This document shows, piece by piece, positions 30,145-42,089 of a DNA stretch of 64,000 bases. How positions within the stretch are numbered: position 1 is the first letter of the stretch; every line of letters begins with the position of its first letter. Origin of the DNA: Alphaproteobacteria bacterium (GTDB lineage Bacteria > Pseudomonadota > Alphaproteobacteria > Bin95); NCBI GenBank assembly GCA_038102935.1, contig JAYNYG010000001.1, positions 35,096 to 99,095 of the forward strand. The letters are read 5' to 3'. The notes below the pieces were generated by a model. It made no database searches, was not told the DNA's origin, and saw only the letters and a list, made by a program, of their open reading frames with translations. A program made the translations under genes and the position numbers.

Positions 30145-32082
30145 CTATCGATTTTGCCTATTCTCCACCAAGTCGTCGACCACAGCCGGTTCCGCCAGCG
30201 TTGACGTATCGCCGAGATTGCCAAAGTCGTTTTCAGCGATTTTTCGGAGGATGCGGCGCATGATTTTGCCGGAGCGGGTTTTAGGGAGGCCGGGCGCCCA
30301 TTGCAGCCAGTCGGGGCTGGCGATGGGGCCGATTTCCTTGCGGACCCATTGGACGAGCTCCTTCTTCAACGCATCAGAAGGCTCTTCGCCTGCATTCAGC
30401 GTTACATAGGCATAAATGCCCTGGCCTTTGAGGTCATGCGGCGCGCCGACGACGGCGCTTTCTGCAACCTTGCTATGGGCGACAAGGGCGCTTTCGACCT
30501 CTGCCGTGCCCATGCGGTGGCCGGAAACGTTGATGACGTCGTCTACGCGGCCAGTGATCCAATAGTAGCCGTCCTCGTCGCGCCGCGCGCCGTCGCCGGT
30601 GAAATAGCGGCCGGGATAAGTGGTGAAGTAGGTTTCGATGAAGCGCTGGTGGTCGCCATAGATGGTGCGCATTTGCCCTGGCCAGCTATCGGAAATGCAG
30701 AGGTTGCCTTCGCATGCGCCTTCCAGCGGATTGCCTTCAGCATCCACCATCAGCGGCTGCACGCCGAAGAACGGGTTGGTTGCGGAACCGGGTTTCAGCG
30801 CCGTGGCGCCCGGCAGCGGTGTAATGAGAATGCCGCCGGTTTCCGTCTGCCACCACGTATCGACAATCGGGCAACGCTCATCGCCGACCACCTTGTGATA
30901 CCAGAGCCAGGCTTCCGGATTGATCGGCTCACCGACGGAGCCAAGCAGGCGGAGGCTCTTGCGGCTGGTGGATTTAACCGGCTCTTCACCTTCCCGCATC
31001 AGCGCTCGAATCGCGGTTGGCGCTGTGTAGAAAATCGCCACGTCATGCTTGTCGCAGACTTGCCAGAAGCGGCTTGAATCGGGGTAGTTCGGAACGCCCT
31101 CGAACATCAGCGTCGTCGCGCCGTTCGCCAGCGGGCCATAGACGATATAGCTGTGGCCCGTCACCCAGCCGACATCTGCCGTGCACCAATACACTTCGCC
31201 CGGCTTGTAATCGAAGACATATTCGTGGGTCATCGACGCGTAGACGATATAGCCGCCAGTCGTGTGCAGCACGCCCTTCGGTTTGCCGGTGGAGCCAGAG
31301 GTGTAGAGGATGAACAGCGGGTCCTCCGCGTTCATTTCCTCCGGTTCACAGGTGGAGGCTTGCGCGCCACAGATTTCGTGATGCCAAACATCGAGGCCGT
31401 CATTCATTGTGATATCGCCGCCGGTGCGCTTCACGACGATCACCGTGTCAACGCTGTCGCAGGACTTGAGCGCGGCATCGACATTGGCCTTCAGCGGCAC
31501 TTTCTTCCCGCCGCGCAGGCCTTCATCTGCTGTGATCACCAACCGGCACTTACTGTCGTCAATGCGCTGGGCGAGGCTGTCCGGCGAGAAGCCGCCAAAA
31601 ACGATGGAATGGATCGCGCCGATCCGCGCGCAGGCCAACATGGCGTATGCGGCCTCGGGGATCATCGGCATGTAGATGCACACCCGGTCGCCCTTTGTTA
31701 CGCCGCGCGCTTTCATGGCGTTGGCGAGGCGGCACGTCTCGTCGTGCAGTTCCTGATAGGTGATGTTCTTTGAATCTGCCGGGTCGTCGCCTTCCCAAAT
31801 GATCGCTGTCTGGTCCGCTTTGTCCGCCAGATGCCGGTCGATACAGTTGGCAGAGGCGTTCAGCGTGCCGTCTTCGAACCATTTGATGGAAAGGTCCTTA
31901 GCGTCAAAGGAGGTGTTCTTGACCTTCGTGAACGGCTTAATCCAATCCACCCGCTTCCCGTGTTCGCCCCAGAATGCATCTGGATCATTGACGGATTGCG
32001 CATACATGTCTGCATATTTTCCAGCGTCGACATGGGCGGATTTTGCAAGCGCGTCTGAAGGCGAGAACAGCGTATCGGACAT
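30145..32082 (-). CDS. acs: acetyl-CoA synthetase
   Basis: Strong Acs homology from MSDTLFS… through …[25 protein letters not shown]…[11 protein letters not shown]. Start chosen at MSDT (the track ORF is 25 codons longer). Confidence 0.9.
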   Translation of the reverse strand: MSDTLFSPSDALAKSAHVDAGKYADMYAQSVNDPDAFWGEHGKRVDWIKPFTKVKNTSFDAKDLSIKWFEDGTLNASANCIDRHLADKADQTAIIWEGDDPADSKNITYQELHDETCRLANAMKARGVTKGDRVCIYMPMIPEAAYAMLACARIGAIHSIVFGGFSPDSLAQRIDDSKCRLVITADEGLRGGKKVPLKANVDAALKSCDSVDTVIVVKRTGGDITMNDGLDVWHHEICGAQASTCEPEEMNAEDPLFILYTSGSTGKPKGVLHTTGGYIVYASMTHEYVFDYKPGEVYWCTADVGWVTGHSYIVYGPLANGATTLMFEGVPNYPDSSRFWQVCDKHDVAIFYTAPTAIRALMREGEEPVKSTSRKSLRLLGSVGEPINPEAWLWYHKVVGDERCPIVDTWWQTETGGILITPLPGATALKPGSATNPFFGVQPLMVDAEGNPLEGACEGNLCISDSWPGQMRTIYGDHQRFIETYFTTYPGRYFTGDGARRDEDGYYWITGRVDDVINVSGHRMGTAEVESALVAHSKVAESAVVGAPHDLKGQGIYAYVTLNAGEEPSDALKKELVQWVRKEIGPIASPDWLQWAPGLPKTRSGKIMRRILRKIAENDFGNLGDTSTLAEPAVVDDLVENRQNR

Positions 32083-32216
32083 AGATTTCATCCCTGTTTT
32101 GCAGACTTTTTGATTCTGTCGCCAACCTAGTCCCGCTGCTCCGCAGGTTTCAAGCACTTCCGGCAGGCGGAAGGCGCGCTATGCTGGCGCAGATGTAGCT
32201 TGCTTGGAACGAATCA

Positions 32217-33281
32217 ATGGCTGAAATCGAATACGGCTGGTATCTGCCGACCCATGGCGACGCGACGCGGCTGAATGATCCTGCCGCCGCCATTCCGCCA
32301 ACGCCGGAGCTGATGCACCGGGTTGTGCGCGCGGCGGAGGATGCGGGCTTTAGCTACTTGCTCATTCCCGTTGGTTCGACTTGCTGGGAAGCCTATATGG
32401 CCGGCGCCTTCGTCACAGAACGGTCCCGCACGATCCGCCCGCTCATCGCAGCCCGGCCTGGATTTGTGAATCCCGTGATGGCCGCGAAGATGATCGCCAC
32501 CTTCGATGTGATGAGCGGTGGGCGGATTTCCATCAATCTGATTGCGGGCCAGGCGGATAAAGAAGTCCACGGCGAGGGCGTTACCTATACAAAGGAACAG
32601 CGCTACGACCTGATGCGCGAAGAAACCGCCATCATGAAGCTGCTTTGGACGCAGCAAGGGGGGGTGGATTATCAGGGCGAATTCCACACACTCAGCGGCG
32701 CGCGCGCCGTGCCGAAACCGGTGCAGAAACCGTATCCGAAGTTCTATCTGGGCGGCGGGTCAGAGCAGGCGGCGGAGATGTCTGCCGAGCATTCAGATGT
32801 GCATCTGTTCTGGGGCGATTTGCCGGAGAACATCGCCAAAAGCGTTGTTGATCTAAATGGTCGGGCAGCGCGCTATGACCGGCGGGGGCCGCTGGCGTTT
32901 GGCATGCGCTTGCAGGTCATCTGCCGGGAGGATGAAAAGGACGCCTGGGCCTGGGCGGATCACCTGATTTCCGGCACCAGCGAGGCGGACCGGGACCGAC
33001 TGAAGGCCCGCGTCTCAACCTCGGAAGCCAATCGCCGGGTGCAGGAATTGGCCGCCAAACATGGCGACCGGGCGGGCGACCATCTGTGGACTGGGATGAC
33101 CCGCGTGCGGCCTGGCGCTGGCGTCGCCGTTGTCGGCAATCCGGAACAGGTCGCCCACCAATTCCAGCAATTCATTGATGCTGGCTGCACCAGCTTCTGC
33201 CTCTCAGGATATCTGCATGATGAGGAGGCGGAGCGCTTTGGCCGACTTGTCAGGCCGTTGCTAGATGCGCGCAATGGTTGA
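32217..33281 (+). CDS. LLM-class flavin-dependent oxidoreductase (luciferase-like monooxygenase)
   Basis: 354 aa; bacterial luciferase-like TIM-barrel pattern (…ISINLIAGQ…FYLGGGSEQAAE…). Confidence 0.75.
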   Translation: MAEIEYGWYLPTHGDATRLNDPAAAIPPTPELMHRVVRAAEDAGFSYLLIPVGSTCWEAYMAGAFVTERSRTIRPLIAARPGFVNPVMAAKMIATFDVMSGGRISINLIAGQADKEVHGEGVTYTKEQRYDLMREETAIMKLLWTQQGGVDYQGEFHTLSGARAVPKPVQKPYPKFYLGGGSEQAAEMSAEHSDVHLFWGDLPENIAKSVVDLNGRAARYDRRGPLAFGMRLQVICREDEKDAWAWADHLISGTSEADRDRLKARVSTSEANRRVQELAAKHGDRAGDHLWTGMTRVRPGAGVAVVGNPEQVAHQFQQFIDAGCTSFCLSGYLHDEEAERFGRLVRPLLDARNG

Positions 33282-33792
33282 CATTTCTGTAGAGCTTGTA
33301 CGTGAGGAAGAGCAGGCGGCGCATGTCCGCCAAATGGCTTGGGAGTTCATTGATTGGCTGCGTGCGCGTTATCCCGAAATGCAAGACGGGATCGACGAAT
33401 ACCTGAAAAACCAAGATTTCGCTGGCATGCTAGAGCAACTTTTGGAGCATTTCACGCCGCCTGAGGGCGAGTGCCTGCTGGCGCGGTCTAACGGCTCGCC
33501 CGTTGGCATCTTGATGCTCAAGCCACATGCTGAGCCAGGCGCATGTGAAATGAATAGGATGTATGTGCGGGAGAGCGCCAGAGGGCAGGGCGTCGCTCGT
33601 GCGCTCACGGCAAAACTCATCGAGCGAGCGCGTGATCTCGGTTATAAAACGATGGTGCTGAGTGCGCTTGATAAGCATACCGAAGCCATCGGGTTATACC
33701 GCTCAATCGGTTTCACGGACGACGAGCGGACACCGGATACAGTGTCCGCAGCCGATAGAGAAGTGCTTATGCGGCTTAGCCTGACGGCCTGA
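33265..33792 (+). CDS. GNAT-family N-acetyltransferase
   Basis: 175 aa; acetyl-CoA binding motif A (RGQGVARAL) in a GNAT fold. Confidence 0.75.
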   Translation: MRAMVDISVELVREEEQAAHVRQMAWEFIDWLRARYPEMQDGIDEYLKNQDFAGMLEQLLEHFTPPEGECLLARSNGSPVGILMLKPHAEPGACEMNRMYVRESARGQGVARALTAKLIERARDLGYKTMVLSALDKHTEAIGLYRSIGFTDDERTPDTVSAADREVLMRLSLTA

Positions 33793-33800
33793 GCTGAAGC

Positions 33801-34604
33801 CTACTTTCGCACCGCTAACTCGGCTTCCGCCATAACGGCTTTGGCTGCTTCTTCGCCCAAAGTTTCAGACATGGCGTCGATTGTTTCAGCGGCCTTCTCT
33901 ACGCCGTTCTTGTAAGCGCGGTAGGCCCAATACAGCGCGCGTTCCTGGGATGGCGCCGTGCCGTCGCCCTCTGCATAGCGACGGGCGAGCGCTTCCTGAG
34001 CGCGGGCATGGCCGCCTTCTGCAGCGCGGCGATAGAGTTCGAACGCTACCTCTGCGTCAGGCTCAACGCCAATGCCGTCCCGGGTCATTTTTGCGATGTT
34101 GTAGAGTGCAGCTGGAACGCCTGCTTCGCCCGCTCTGCCGATCCACTTATAAGCGGCTTCGTAGTTTCTGGGCGCGCCAAGGCCATATAAATACATTTTG
34201 CCAAGCGTATACATGGACCTGGGCGCGCCATTTTCTGCTGCGCGCACCAGCCAGTGCAGGGCTTCCTGATAGTTTTGGCCGTCCGCATCACCGGCGATCA
34301 GCGTTAGCGCCAGATTGTGCTGGGCGTCCACATTCTCGGCTTCCGCAGCCTTTCGCCAGAACTCCAGCGCCAGGACTGGATCGCGTAGGACGCCCTTACC
34401 CTCAAAATATAGCGCGCCAATGTTGTAGGCAGCCTTAGCGTCGCCTGCATCTGCGAGCGGGCGCCAGATGTTCAGCGCTTCAACAAAGTTCTGCTCTTCA
34501 TAGGCGATCATGCCGTCTGTGAAGGATTTGTCCTGGGCGAGGGCGGGCGCGCTCGCGGAGACCAGCGCCAGCAGGCTGGCGGCGATGAGGGAGCGGGAGG
34601 TCAT
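33801..34604 (-). CDS. Sel1-repeat (TPR-like) exported protein
   Basis: Signal peptide followed by ≥5 Sel1 repeats (…AAYNIGALYFEGKGV…, …YTLGKMYLYGLGAPRN…, …LYNIAKMTRDGIGV…). Confidence 0.8.
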   Translation of the reverse strand: MTSRSLIAASLLALVSASAPALAQDKSFTDGMIAYEEQNFVEALNIWRPLADAGDAKAAYNIGALYFEGKGVLRDPVLALEFWRKAAEAENVDAQHNLALTLIAGDADGQNYQEALHWLVRAAENGAPRSMYTLGKMYLYGLGAPRNYEAAYKWIGRAGEAGVPAALYNIAKMTRDGIGVEPDAEVAFELYRRAAEGGHARAQEALARRYAEGDGTAPSQERALYWAYRAYKNGVEKAAETIDAMSETLGEEAAKAVMAEAELAVRK

Positions 34605-35203
34605 TGGCGCACTCCTTGGCGGCCTGCGCGGGCGCGCAATACGTTGATCAAACCATCGAACCCATCACGACGGATGACAGATGAGAAATCTTGGCGTTGG
34701 GTGACCGCCATGCTGACGCCTTCGACCAGAACGTCAATAACCTTTGGACCGCCTGGATCACCGGTGCGAACGCGCCATTCAGCGTCAATCGCTGGGCCGC
34801 CGCTGCTGTTGGCGATTTTTGTCTGCACCAGCACGTCTTTTGGCCCGGCGGGCTTCTCCGCCACAATCTTCAAGTCCTCACCCGCATAGCCGCCGAGGCG
34901 CCGGGCGTAGGTCGCCAGTACATAGTCAGAGAAAGCTTGCGTGTATTCTTTGCGCTGATCCTGCGTTGCGCGCTTCCAGTAGCGACCGGCGACGAAGCGG
35001 GCGATCCGGTCCATATCGAAGCCTTGCTGCAAGACGGGACGGAGCGCCTTTTCGCGGGCGGCGAGCGTCGCGCCGTCCTTTTGTAAGGCAGCGATCGCTT
35101 GGCCTGACATGGCGGCGATGTGATCGCCCGCCGGGCCAGCGGCGGCCGGACTGAGCGGCGCTAGGAGGGCGAGCGCCAAAGCGACATTGCGAAGAATTTT
35201 CAT
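34601..35203 (-). CDS. MlaC/Ttg2D-family phospholipid-binding periplasmic protein
   Basis: Signal peptide (MKILRNVALALALLAPLSPAAA) plus MlaC-like body (…RFVAGRYW…). Start placed at MKIL (the track ORF carries a 53-codon 5' extension). Confidence 0.65.
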   Translation of the reverse strand: MKILRNVALALALLAPLSPAAAGPAGDHIAAMSGQAIAALQKDGATLAAREKALRPVLQQGFDMDRIARFVAGRYWKRATQDQRKEYTQAFSDYVLATYARRLGGYAGEDLKIVAEKPAGPKDVLVQTKIANSSGGPAIDAEWRVRTGDPGGPKVIDVLVEGVSMAVTQRQDFSSVIRRDGFDGLINVLRARAGRQGVRQ

Positions 35204-35210
35204 CTGATCT

Positions 35211-36035
35211 TCAGCCCTTTTGTACCGGCAGGCCGGGAACATAGCTGTTGATTGAGCTTGAATACCCGCCGTCAGCGCAGAGATTTTGCCCTGTGACGTA
35301 GCGCGCTTCATTGGAGAGCAGCCAAGCGCATACGTCGCCAATGTCATCTGGTACGCCAACACGACCGAGCGGCACTATTTCGTTGCGGCGTTGGGCGATG
35401 GCGTTGTCGCGGTAGACATTCTCGGAGAACGGCGTACGGATCATGCCGGGGGAAACGGAATTCGCGCGAACGCCATCCTGTGCCCATTCCTGCGCCATTA
35501 GCCGAACCATCATAATGCACGCAGCTTTGCTGATGCTGTATGCGCCCATCCATGGATGTGGATTCATGCCGGACATAGACGCGACGGCGACATATGCGCC
35601 TTTGCTATCTTTCAAGTGCGGATAAGCGGCTTTGCCCATCAACCACATGGCGCGTGTGTTGATGTTCATTAGGAAGTCCCAGTCATCCAGCGAGAGTTCT
35701 GCGATGGGACTGGGCGCTGTGGCGCCTGCGTTTGACAGAACCGATGTCAGGCCGCCGAAAGCTTCCACCGTCTCCGCGACTAACCGCGCTGGCGTTTCCG
35801 GGTCGGTCAGATCGCCGTTTGGCGTGATCACGCTGGCGCCCAGGCCTTCAAGCTCGTTCGCTAAGGCATCGCGCTCAGGCGTGTCGCGGATTTCATGGAG
35901 GGCGATTTCGAGTTTAACGCCGTCGCGCTTGGCGTCCTTCGCCAGCTTGCGGGCCGTTGCGCCGCCGATGCCGGGGCTTGCGCCTGTGATGAGAGCTTTC
36001 ATATCTAAATCTTCCTTCAGGCGGCTGGGCGCCAT
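35211..36035 (-). CDS. SDR-family oxidoreductase
   Basis: ALITGASPGIG Rossmann motif, catalytic YSISKAA; an alternative start at MKAL (36002) would remove the overlap with the upstream gene. Confidence 0.8.
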   Translation of the reverse strand: MAPSRLKEDLDMKALITGASPGIGGATARKLAKDAKRDGVKLEIALHEIRDTPERDALANELEGLGASVITPNGDLTDPETPARLVAETVEAFGGLTSVLSNAGATAPSPIAELSLDDWDFLMNINTRAMWLMGKAAYPHLKDSKGAYVAVASMSGMNPHPWMGAYSISKAACIMMVRLMAQEWAQDGVRANSVSPGMIRTPFSENVYRDNAIAQRRNEIVPLGRVGVPDDIGDVCAWLLSNEARYVTGQNLCADGGYSSSINSYVPGLPVQKG

Positions 36036-36847
36036 TTCGGCGCGCGTTTTTCAACGAAAGAGCCAAGGCCCTCAGTCGCTTCATCTGTTAGGCGTTTGGC
36101 GGCATGGGGCGTTGCAAGTTCCAGCGCCCGCGCATCATCCACGACCAGATTTGCGCATTCCAGGATGGCGGCCTTCGTTCCAGCAAGGGCGTCTGGCGGG
36201 CAATCGAGCAGGAAGTCCAGAATTGGCGCTGCGGCTTCGTCCAGTCCGCCGGTTGGGCATACTTCGTCTGCAAGGCCGATTTCCTTCGCCCGATGTGCGC
36301 CAAACCGTTCGCAGGTTAGGGAAAACCGACGGGTGTTCGCGACGCCAAGCCGCGCGATCAATTGCGGATAAATTGGATTGGCGATCAGGCCCCATTTGGC
36401 TTCCGTGATCGCAAAGAATGCATCCTCAGCCGCAATAACGATATCGCAACTGGACGCCACGCCAACGCCGCCGCCAAAGCAACCGCCATGGACGAGCGCT
36501 ACCGTTGGCTTCGGGAATTCGTTCAGGCCGCGCACGGCATCCGTCGTCGCTTGGGAGACTTCAAGGTTCTCCTCCCAGGATTTCTCCTTGAGCGACATGA
36601 TCCATTTTAGGTCTGCGCCCGCTTGGAAGTGCCTGCCATTGCCGCGCAACACCACGACACGCGCCTGAGAATCAGCCGCGATCTCGCCGAATGCAGCCAG
36701 CATCGCCTGGATCATGTCGCTATTATAAGCGTTGTTTACGTCAGGCCGGTTGATGGTGACTGTGGCGACGCCACGGTGGTCAACGTCTGTCAGAATAATG
36801 TCGGAGGACACGGGGCATTTTCTCCATTGGATCGATTCACTTGCCAT
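36017..36847 (-). CDS. enoyl-CoA hydratase/isomerase (crotonase) family
   Basis: Crotonase fold (…VVLRGNGRHFQAGADL…ALVHGGCFGGGVGVASSCDIVIAAEDAFF…). Start chosen at MASESIQW (the track extension upstream looks spurious). Confidence 0.8.
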   Translation of the reverse strand: MASESIQWRKCPVSSDIILTDVDHRGVATVTINRPDVNNAYNSDMIQAMLAAFGEIAADSQARVVVLRGNGRHFQAGADLKWIMSLKEKSWEENLEVSQATTDAVRGLNEFPKPTVALVHGGCFGGGVGVASSCDIVIAAEDAFFAITEAKWGLIANPIYPQLIARLGVANTRRFSLTCERFGAHRAKEIGLADEVCPTGGLDEAAAPILDFLLDCPPDALAGTKAAILECANLVVDDARALELATPHAAKRLTDEATEGLGSFVEKRAPKWRPAA

Positions 36848-36907
36848 ATTAACGCTCTCCTGCCTCCTGCGATATGCTGCGGCGCTAGATTGATTGAAGG
36901 ACGAAAC

Positions 36908-37966
36908 ATGAGTGACCGGATGACCGCTTTGATGGACGCGGCGAAAGCAATTGCTGACCAAGCAAGTGCAGATTTTCCGGCACTGCATGAAGCCGAGAGC
37001 ATTCCGCCAGAAATTTGGTCCAAGCTTGCCGCTGCAGACCTGCTTGGCTTGCGCGTACCAGCAAAATTTGGGGGTGCAGCAATAGATTTGGAAGATGTAG
37101 GCCAAATCGCTCGGGCATTCGCAAAGGCGTCCGGCGTTCAAGGGCTTGTTACGACATGGCTCGGGCATAATCTCTTGGCGGATTGGGTGCTTGGGCATTT
37201 TGGCAATGCGGATCAGCAGGCGGAGCTATTCCCAAAAATCGTGACTGGCGCCGCGACAATCGCCTTTGCGGTCTCCGAACCGGGAGCAGGCGCGCATCCA
37301 AAGAAGCTCTCTGCAACAGCCACACAGGATGGCGATACATGGCGTTTGAATGGCGAGAAGGCCTATGTCACGAACGGTCCCATCGCGACGCATCTGGCGA
37401 TTGTCGCCATCACGAATTCAGGCGCTCGGGGCCGTAAATCCTTCGGCGCGTTTCTTGTGCCGGTGGAGACGCCGGGCCTTGTGATGCGCCCGAGCGAGCA
37501 CGTTGATTTTCTAAAGCCGAATGGCCATGCATCGCTCGACCTGACGGACGTTGTTGTGCCCAATAGCGCGCGCCTTGGTGGGGAGGAAGACATCTATCCG
37601 CTAATGGTCAAACCGCTGCGTGATCATGAGGACCGGGTCGGCGCTTGGTCCAAATTGGGCGCGTTTGAGCATCTGGCGCAGGCGATCGCTAAGCTGCCGG
37701 ATCGCGCGCCGCTCGGCGGCGGCATTGCGGCCAGGCTGCGCGCCGTTGCGACAATGTTGGAGCAGGATAAGTCTGACGAAGACCTGCTGGCGGTGCGCGC
37801 AATCTTTGAAGATGTCCGCGCCCAAGTTGCGAAAGCTGATTTGGCGGCGCTGGATGGGAAAGCCCAAGCGCTCGCCCGCGACCTGGATAAGCTTGGCAGC
37901 GTCGCCCGCTACGCGGTTGAGGCGAAGTTCCTGATCTATGGGCGCCGCATCGCCAATTGCGCTTAA
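36908..37966 (+). CDS. acyl-CoA dehydrogenase family protein
   Basis: ACAD-like middle and C-terminal domains (…AFAVSEPGAGAHP…GEKAYVTNGPIA…). Start at MSDRMTAL (the track ORF starts at 36623, which overlaps the divergent gene). Confidence 0.75.
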   Translation: MSDRMTALMDAAKAIADQASADFPALHEAESIPPEIWSKLAAADLLGLRVPAKFGGAAIDLEDVGQIARAFAKASGVQGLVTTWLGHNLLADWVLGHFGNADQQAELFPKIVTGAATIAFAVSEPGAGAHPKKLSATATQDGDTWRLNGEKAYVTNGPIATHLAIVAITNSGARGRKSFGAFLVPVETPGLVMRPSEHVDFLKPNGHASLDLTDVVVPNSARLGGEEDIYPLMVKPLRDHEDRVGAWSKLGAFEHLAQAIAKLPDRAPLGGGIAARLRAVATMLEQDKSDEDLLAVRAIFEDVRAQVAKADLAALDGKAQALARDLDKLGSVARYAVEAKFLIYGRRIANCA

Positions 37967-38011
37967 CTGGCTGTATCGTTAGGTTTCTCAGATGATTTTG
38001 TTACTAAGAGA

Positions 38012-39925
38012 ATGCGTATGAGCGCCGATATAGAAATGCCCTTGGCGTCCGGTTATGCCGAAGCGGATTATGACGCTTGGCGAGGCCTCGTCGATAAGGC
38101 GCTGAAGGGCGCGGATTTTGACCGCGCGCTAACCACCGAAACGGACGACGGCTTCCGCCTGCAGCCGCTTTATACCAATGCAGACCGGCCAAAAGCGCCG
38201 ATGTCGCCCACATCTGGTCGCGGTGCAAATGCTGGCGCATGGGATATCCGGCAAGCGGTCACTGGCCCGCTCGCCGCTGACGCTAACGCCCAGATGCTCG
38301 AAGATTTGGCGGAAGGCGGCGCCTCCGTGCTGTTGCGGTTCGATGGCTGTATGCGGATGGGCGCCACGCCAGATAGCCGACCGGACCTGGTCGCGGATCG
38401 TGGCGTCGCGATTCACACTGCGGAAGGTTTGGCGGCAGCGCTGGATGGCGTTGATCTAGCGAAAACGGCTGTCACCTTGGAAGCGGGCGCAGGCGGTCTT
38501 GCCGTTGCGAGGGCGTTCCTGGCGCTGGCAGGCTCTCTTGCAAGCGGCAGTAACCTTGGCCTTGACCCAATCAGCGCTATGGCGACAGCGCGGCTTGCGC
38601 CGGAGAGCGCTGACGCGTGGTATGATTTTTCCGCTGGCTATGACGGCCATGCTTTGAATGCATCATCGGTCGCAGCATTTGACGCTGGCGCCAGCGAGGC
38701 GGAAGAGCTTGGCTATCTGTTGAGCAGCGCCTTGGCATATCTGCGTGCGTTAGAGGTCAGAGGGCTAAGCGTTGAGGAAGCGGCGCGCCGCATCGGCTTC
38801 ACACTCGCAATCAGCCAAGACCAGTTCATGACCATCGCCAAGTCCCGCGCGGCTCGAGCGCTCTGGACTAGCGTGCTGAAACATGCAGGCGCGGAAGACG
38901 CCGCCTCCTCCATGCGCGTCCACGGCGTCACGGCAGAGCGGATGTTCACGACCCGTGATATCCACGTAAACATTCTCCGCGCAACTATCGCAGGGTTTGC
39001 AGGCGCTGTCGGCGGATTGGACGGCTTGACGATTTATCCCTTCGATATGCGTCTCGGCAGGCGGGACCCGCTAGCCCGGCGCGTTGCGCGCAACCTCCAG
39101 ATCATGCTGGCCGAGGAAAGCAATCTTGGCCGCGTCGCAGACCCGGCGGGCGGTGCATATTTCGTTGAGCGGCTGACAAATGATCTTGCCCGCCAAGCAT
39201 GGGGTGAATTTCAAGCGATTGAGGCGGCAGGCGGCGCGGCGGCAGCAATTGCAAGCGGCATGCTGCCAAAACGCATCGCTGAATCGGCGGCAGACCGGGC
39301 GTCGAAAGCTGCAAAGCGAAAAGCCCCAATCCTCGGCGTTTCAGAATTCGCGAACGTTGCTGAAACGCCCCATCCGCCAGCTAATTTGTCCGATGCAGCG
39401 TCTGCTTTGACACCGGGAACGCCATTTTTGGTCGCGCCTACTGCGCCAGGCGATGGGCCGATGAGCGTTCAACCCGTCGGCAAGGCGTTTGAAGCGCTGC
39501 GTGATGCCGCAGACGCCTACACGAAATCAACAGGCACAGCGCCGGGCGTATTCCTGGCGAATATCGGAGCGTTGGCGCAATTCACAGCCCGCGCGTCCTT
39601 TGCCGCCAACGCCTTCGCTGCAGGCGGGATAGCGCCTGCTGGCGAGCAAGGCATTGGCTTTGCGGACGGCGACGCGGTCGCTGCGGCCTTTAAGGCGAGC
39701 GGCGCTGCTATCGCCTGCATTTGCGGCACGGATACGGCGTATGGCGCGCACGCGGCAGATTTCGCGGCCGCATTGAAAGCGGCGGGCGCAAAGCAGGTCT
39801 GGCTTGCCGGGCGCGGCGGAGAGGCTGAAGCGGCATTGCGGGGTGCTGGCGTCGATGGATTTATTGCGATGGGATCGGATGTGCTTGCGGCCATGCAGTC
39901 CGCCCATCAAGCGATTGGAGTATAG
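38012..39925 (+). CDS. mutA: methylmalonyl-CoA mutase small (beta) subunit
   Basis: 637 aa; mutase-type TIM-barrel homology without cobalamin ligands; positioned directly upstream of the large subunit. Confidence 0.75.
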   Translation: MRMSADIEMPLASGYAEADYDAWRGLVDKALKGADFDRALTTETDDGFRLQPLYTNADRPKAPMSPTSGRGANAGAWDIRQAVTGPLAADANAQMLEDLAEGGASVLLRFDGCMRMGATPDSRPDLVADRGVAIHTAEGLAAALDGVDLAKTAVTLEAGAGGLAVARAFLALAGSLASGSNLGLDPISAMATARLAPESADAWYDFSAGYDGHALNASSVAAFDAGASEAEELGYLLSSALAYLRALEVRGLSVEEAARRIGFTLAISQDQFMTIAKSRAARALWTSVLKHAGAEDAASSMRVHGVTAERMFTTRDIHVNILRATIAGFAGAVGGLDGLTIYPFDMRLGRRDPLARRVARNLQIMLAEESNLGRVADPAGGAYFVERLTNDLARQAWGEFQAIEAAGGAAAAIASGMLPKRIAESAADRASKAAKRKAPILGVSEFANVAETPHPPANLSDAASALTPGTPFLVAPTAPGDGPMSVQPVGKAFEALRDAADAYTKSTGTAPGVFLANIGALAQFTARASFAANAFAAGGIAPAGEQGIGFADGDAVAAAFKASGAAIACICGTDTAYGAHAADFAAALKAAGAKQVWLAGRGGEAEAALRGAGVDGFIAMGSDVLAAMQSAHQAIGV

Positions 39926-39929
39926 GCAG

Positions 39930-42077
39930 ATGAGCGCTATTCCAGATTTCTCAAACCTCGCCTTGGACGCTTCCGGCATCGGCGCGCCGCCGCCGAATGA
40001 CGCCGAGCCTTGGTTGACGCCAGAAGGCATTCCAGTCGCGCCGAAATATAGCGCAGACGACGTCGCAGGACTGGATTTCATGGGCGGCATGCCGGGCGTT
40101 GCGCCCTACCTTCGCGGTCCATATCCCACCATGTATGTGCAGCGCCCCTGGACTGTCCGCCAATACGCCGGATTCTCGACGGCGGAGGAATCCAACGCAT
40201 TCTACCGGCGCAATCTGGCGGCTGGACAAAAAGGCCTCTCCATCGCCTTCGATCTGGCGACGCACAGGGGCTACGACTCAGACCATCCGCGCGTCGCAGG
40301 CGATGTCGGCATGGCAGGCGTCGCCATCGATTCCATTGCCGATATGGAAATTCTATTTGACGGCATTCCGCTCGACGAAATGACGGTTTCTATGACTATG
40401 AACGGCGCGGTGTTGCCGATCCTGGCTCTATATATCGTCGCCGGGGAAGAGCAGGGCGTTCCGGTCGAGAAGCTCGCCGGGACCATTCAGAATGACATTC
40501 TGAAAGAGTTCATGGTCCGCAACACCTATATCTATCCGCCGACCCAATCGATGCGGATCATCTCGGACATCTTCGCTTATACCAGCCAGAAGATGCCGCG
40601 ATTCAACTCCATCTCAATCTCCGGCTATCACATGCAGGAAGCGGGCGCGACGGCGGATTTGGAGCTTGGCTACACATTGGCCGACGGCATTGAATATGTC
40701 CGCGCCGGTAAGGCTGCCGGCATGGACGTGGACGCCTTCGCGCCGCGCTTGTCGTTCTTCTGGGCGATTGGCATGAATTTCTTCATGGAAGTCGCGAAAA
40801 TGCGTGCCGCCCGCTTGCTTTGGGCGAAAATGATGCAGGCGGAGGGCGCGGAGAACCCGAAAAGCCTGGCGCTCCGCACCCATTGCCAGACGAGTGGGTG
40901 GAGCCTCGCGGCCCAGGATGTCTACAACAACGTAGTTCGCACCTGCGTTGAAGCCATGGCGGCGACCCAGGGCCATACCCAATCCCTGCACACCAACGCG
41001 TTGGACGAGGCGCTGGCGCTGCCAACGGATTTCTCCGCCCGCATCGCCCGCAATACGCAGCTTGTGCTGCAACAAGAAAGCGGCACGACACGCGTGATCG
41101 ACCCTTGGGGCGGCAGCTATTATGTCGAGCGGTTGACGGCGGAAGTCGCCAAAAAAGCCTGGGCCCATATCCAGGAAATTGAAGGCATGGGCGGCATGGC
41201 GAAAGCTATCGAAGCCGGGCTGCCGAAACTGCGTATTGAAGAGGCCGCCGCTCGCACCCAGGCGCGGATCGACGCCGGGCGGCAAACCATCGTCGGCGTC
41301 AATAAATACAAGCCGAGCCATGAAGAACAGATCGACGTTCTGAAAATCGACAATGCGAAAGTTCGGGCGGCCCAAATTGCGCGGCTAGAGCATGTCCGCA
41401 ACAACCGTGACGGCGACGCTGTCCAAGCCGCTATGGATGCGCTGACCGAAGCAGCAGAAACGGGCGCTGGCAACCTCTTGGCATTGGCTGTAGACGCCGC
41501 CCGCAAACGCGCCACAGTCGGCGAAATCTCCTATGCGTTGGAGAAAGTGTATGGGCGCCATGTGGCGGAGGTGAAGGCCGTGTCAGGCGTATATGCAAGC
41601 GAAGTTGGGGATGATTCCGCGTATATAAATGACGTCCGCGCCAAGGCGGATGCTTTCGCCGAAGCCGATGGCCGCCGCCCGCGTATCCTCATCTGCAAGA
41701 TGGGGCAGGATGGCCATGATCGCGGCCAGAAAGTCACCGCAACAGCCTTTGCGGATCTGGGCTTCGATGTTGATATTGGCCCGCTTTTCCAAACGCCGGA
41801 AGAGGCTGCGCGCCAGGCTGTCGAGAATGACGTGCATATCATCGGCGCGTCTTCCCTGGCCGCAGGGCATTTGACGCTGGCGCCCGCACTCGTCGCCGCA
41901 CTGAAAGACCATGGCCGTGAGGATATCCTGACCATCATTGGCGGGGTTATTCCGCCGCAAGATTTCGATACGCTGTTGGATGCGGGCGTGGCCGCAATTT
42001 TCCCGCCGGGCACCGTCATCGCTGAGGCGGCGATGAGTTTGCTTGATCGTTTGAGCAAAGACCTGGGTTACAGCTAG
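39930..42077 (+). CDS. scpA: methylmalonyl-CoA mutase large (alpha) subunit
   Basis: Strong MCM signature (…[50 protein letters not shown]…) and C-terminal B12-binding domain (DGHDRGQKV…). Start at MSAIPDF. Confidence 0.9.
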   Translation: MSAIPDFSNLALDASGIGAPPPNDAEPWLTPEGIPVAPKYSADDVAGLDFMGGMPGVAPYLRGPYPTMYVQRPWTVRQYAGFSTAEESNAFYRRNLAAGQKGLSIAFDLATHRGYDSDHPRVAGDVGMAGVAIDSIADMEILFDGIPLDEMTVSMTMNGAVLPILALYIVAGEEQGVPVEKLAGTIQNDILKEFMVRNTYIYPPTQSMRIISDIFAYTSQKMPRFNSISISGYHMQEAGATADLELGYTLADGIEYVRAGKAAGMDVDAFAPRLSFFWAIGMNFFMEVAKMRAARLLWAKMMQAEGAENPKSLALRTHCQTSGWSLAAQDVYNNVVRTCVEAMAATQGHTQSLHTNALDEALALPTDFSARIARNTQLVLQQESGTTRVIDPWGGSYYVERLTAEVAKKAWAHIQEIEGMGGMAKAIEAGLPKLRIEEAAARTQARIDAGRQTIVGVNKYKPSHEEQIDVLKIDNAKVRAAQIARLEHVRNNRDGDAVQAAMDALTEAAETGAGNLLALAVDAARKRATVGEISYALEKVYGRHVAEVKAVSGVYASEVGDDSAYINDVRAKADAFAEADGRRPRILICKMGQDGHDRGQKVTATAFADLGFDVDIGPLFQTPEEAARQAVENDVHIIGASSLAAGHLTLAPALVAALKDHGREDILTIIGGVIPPQDFDTLLDAGVAAIFPPGTVIAEAAMSLLDRLSKDLGYS

Positions 42078-42089
42078 GAGCGCCGCCTA

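Noticed and set aside
36623-36907. N-terminal 95-codon extension of the acyl-CoA dehydrogenase ORF
   Set aside because: Overlaps the divergent crotonase gene's 5' region, and homology to ACADs begins at MSDRMTAL (36908).
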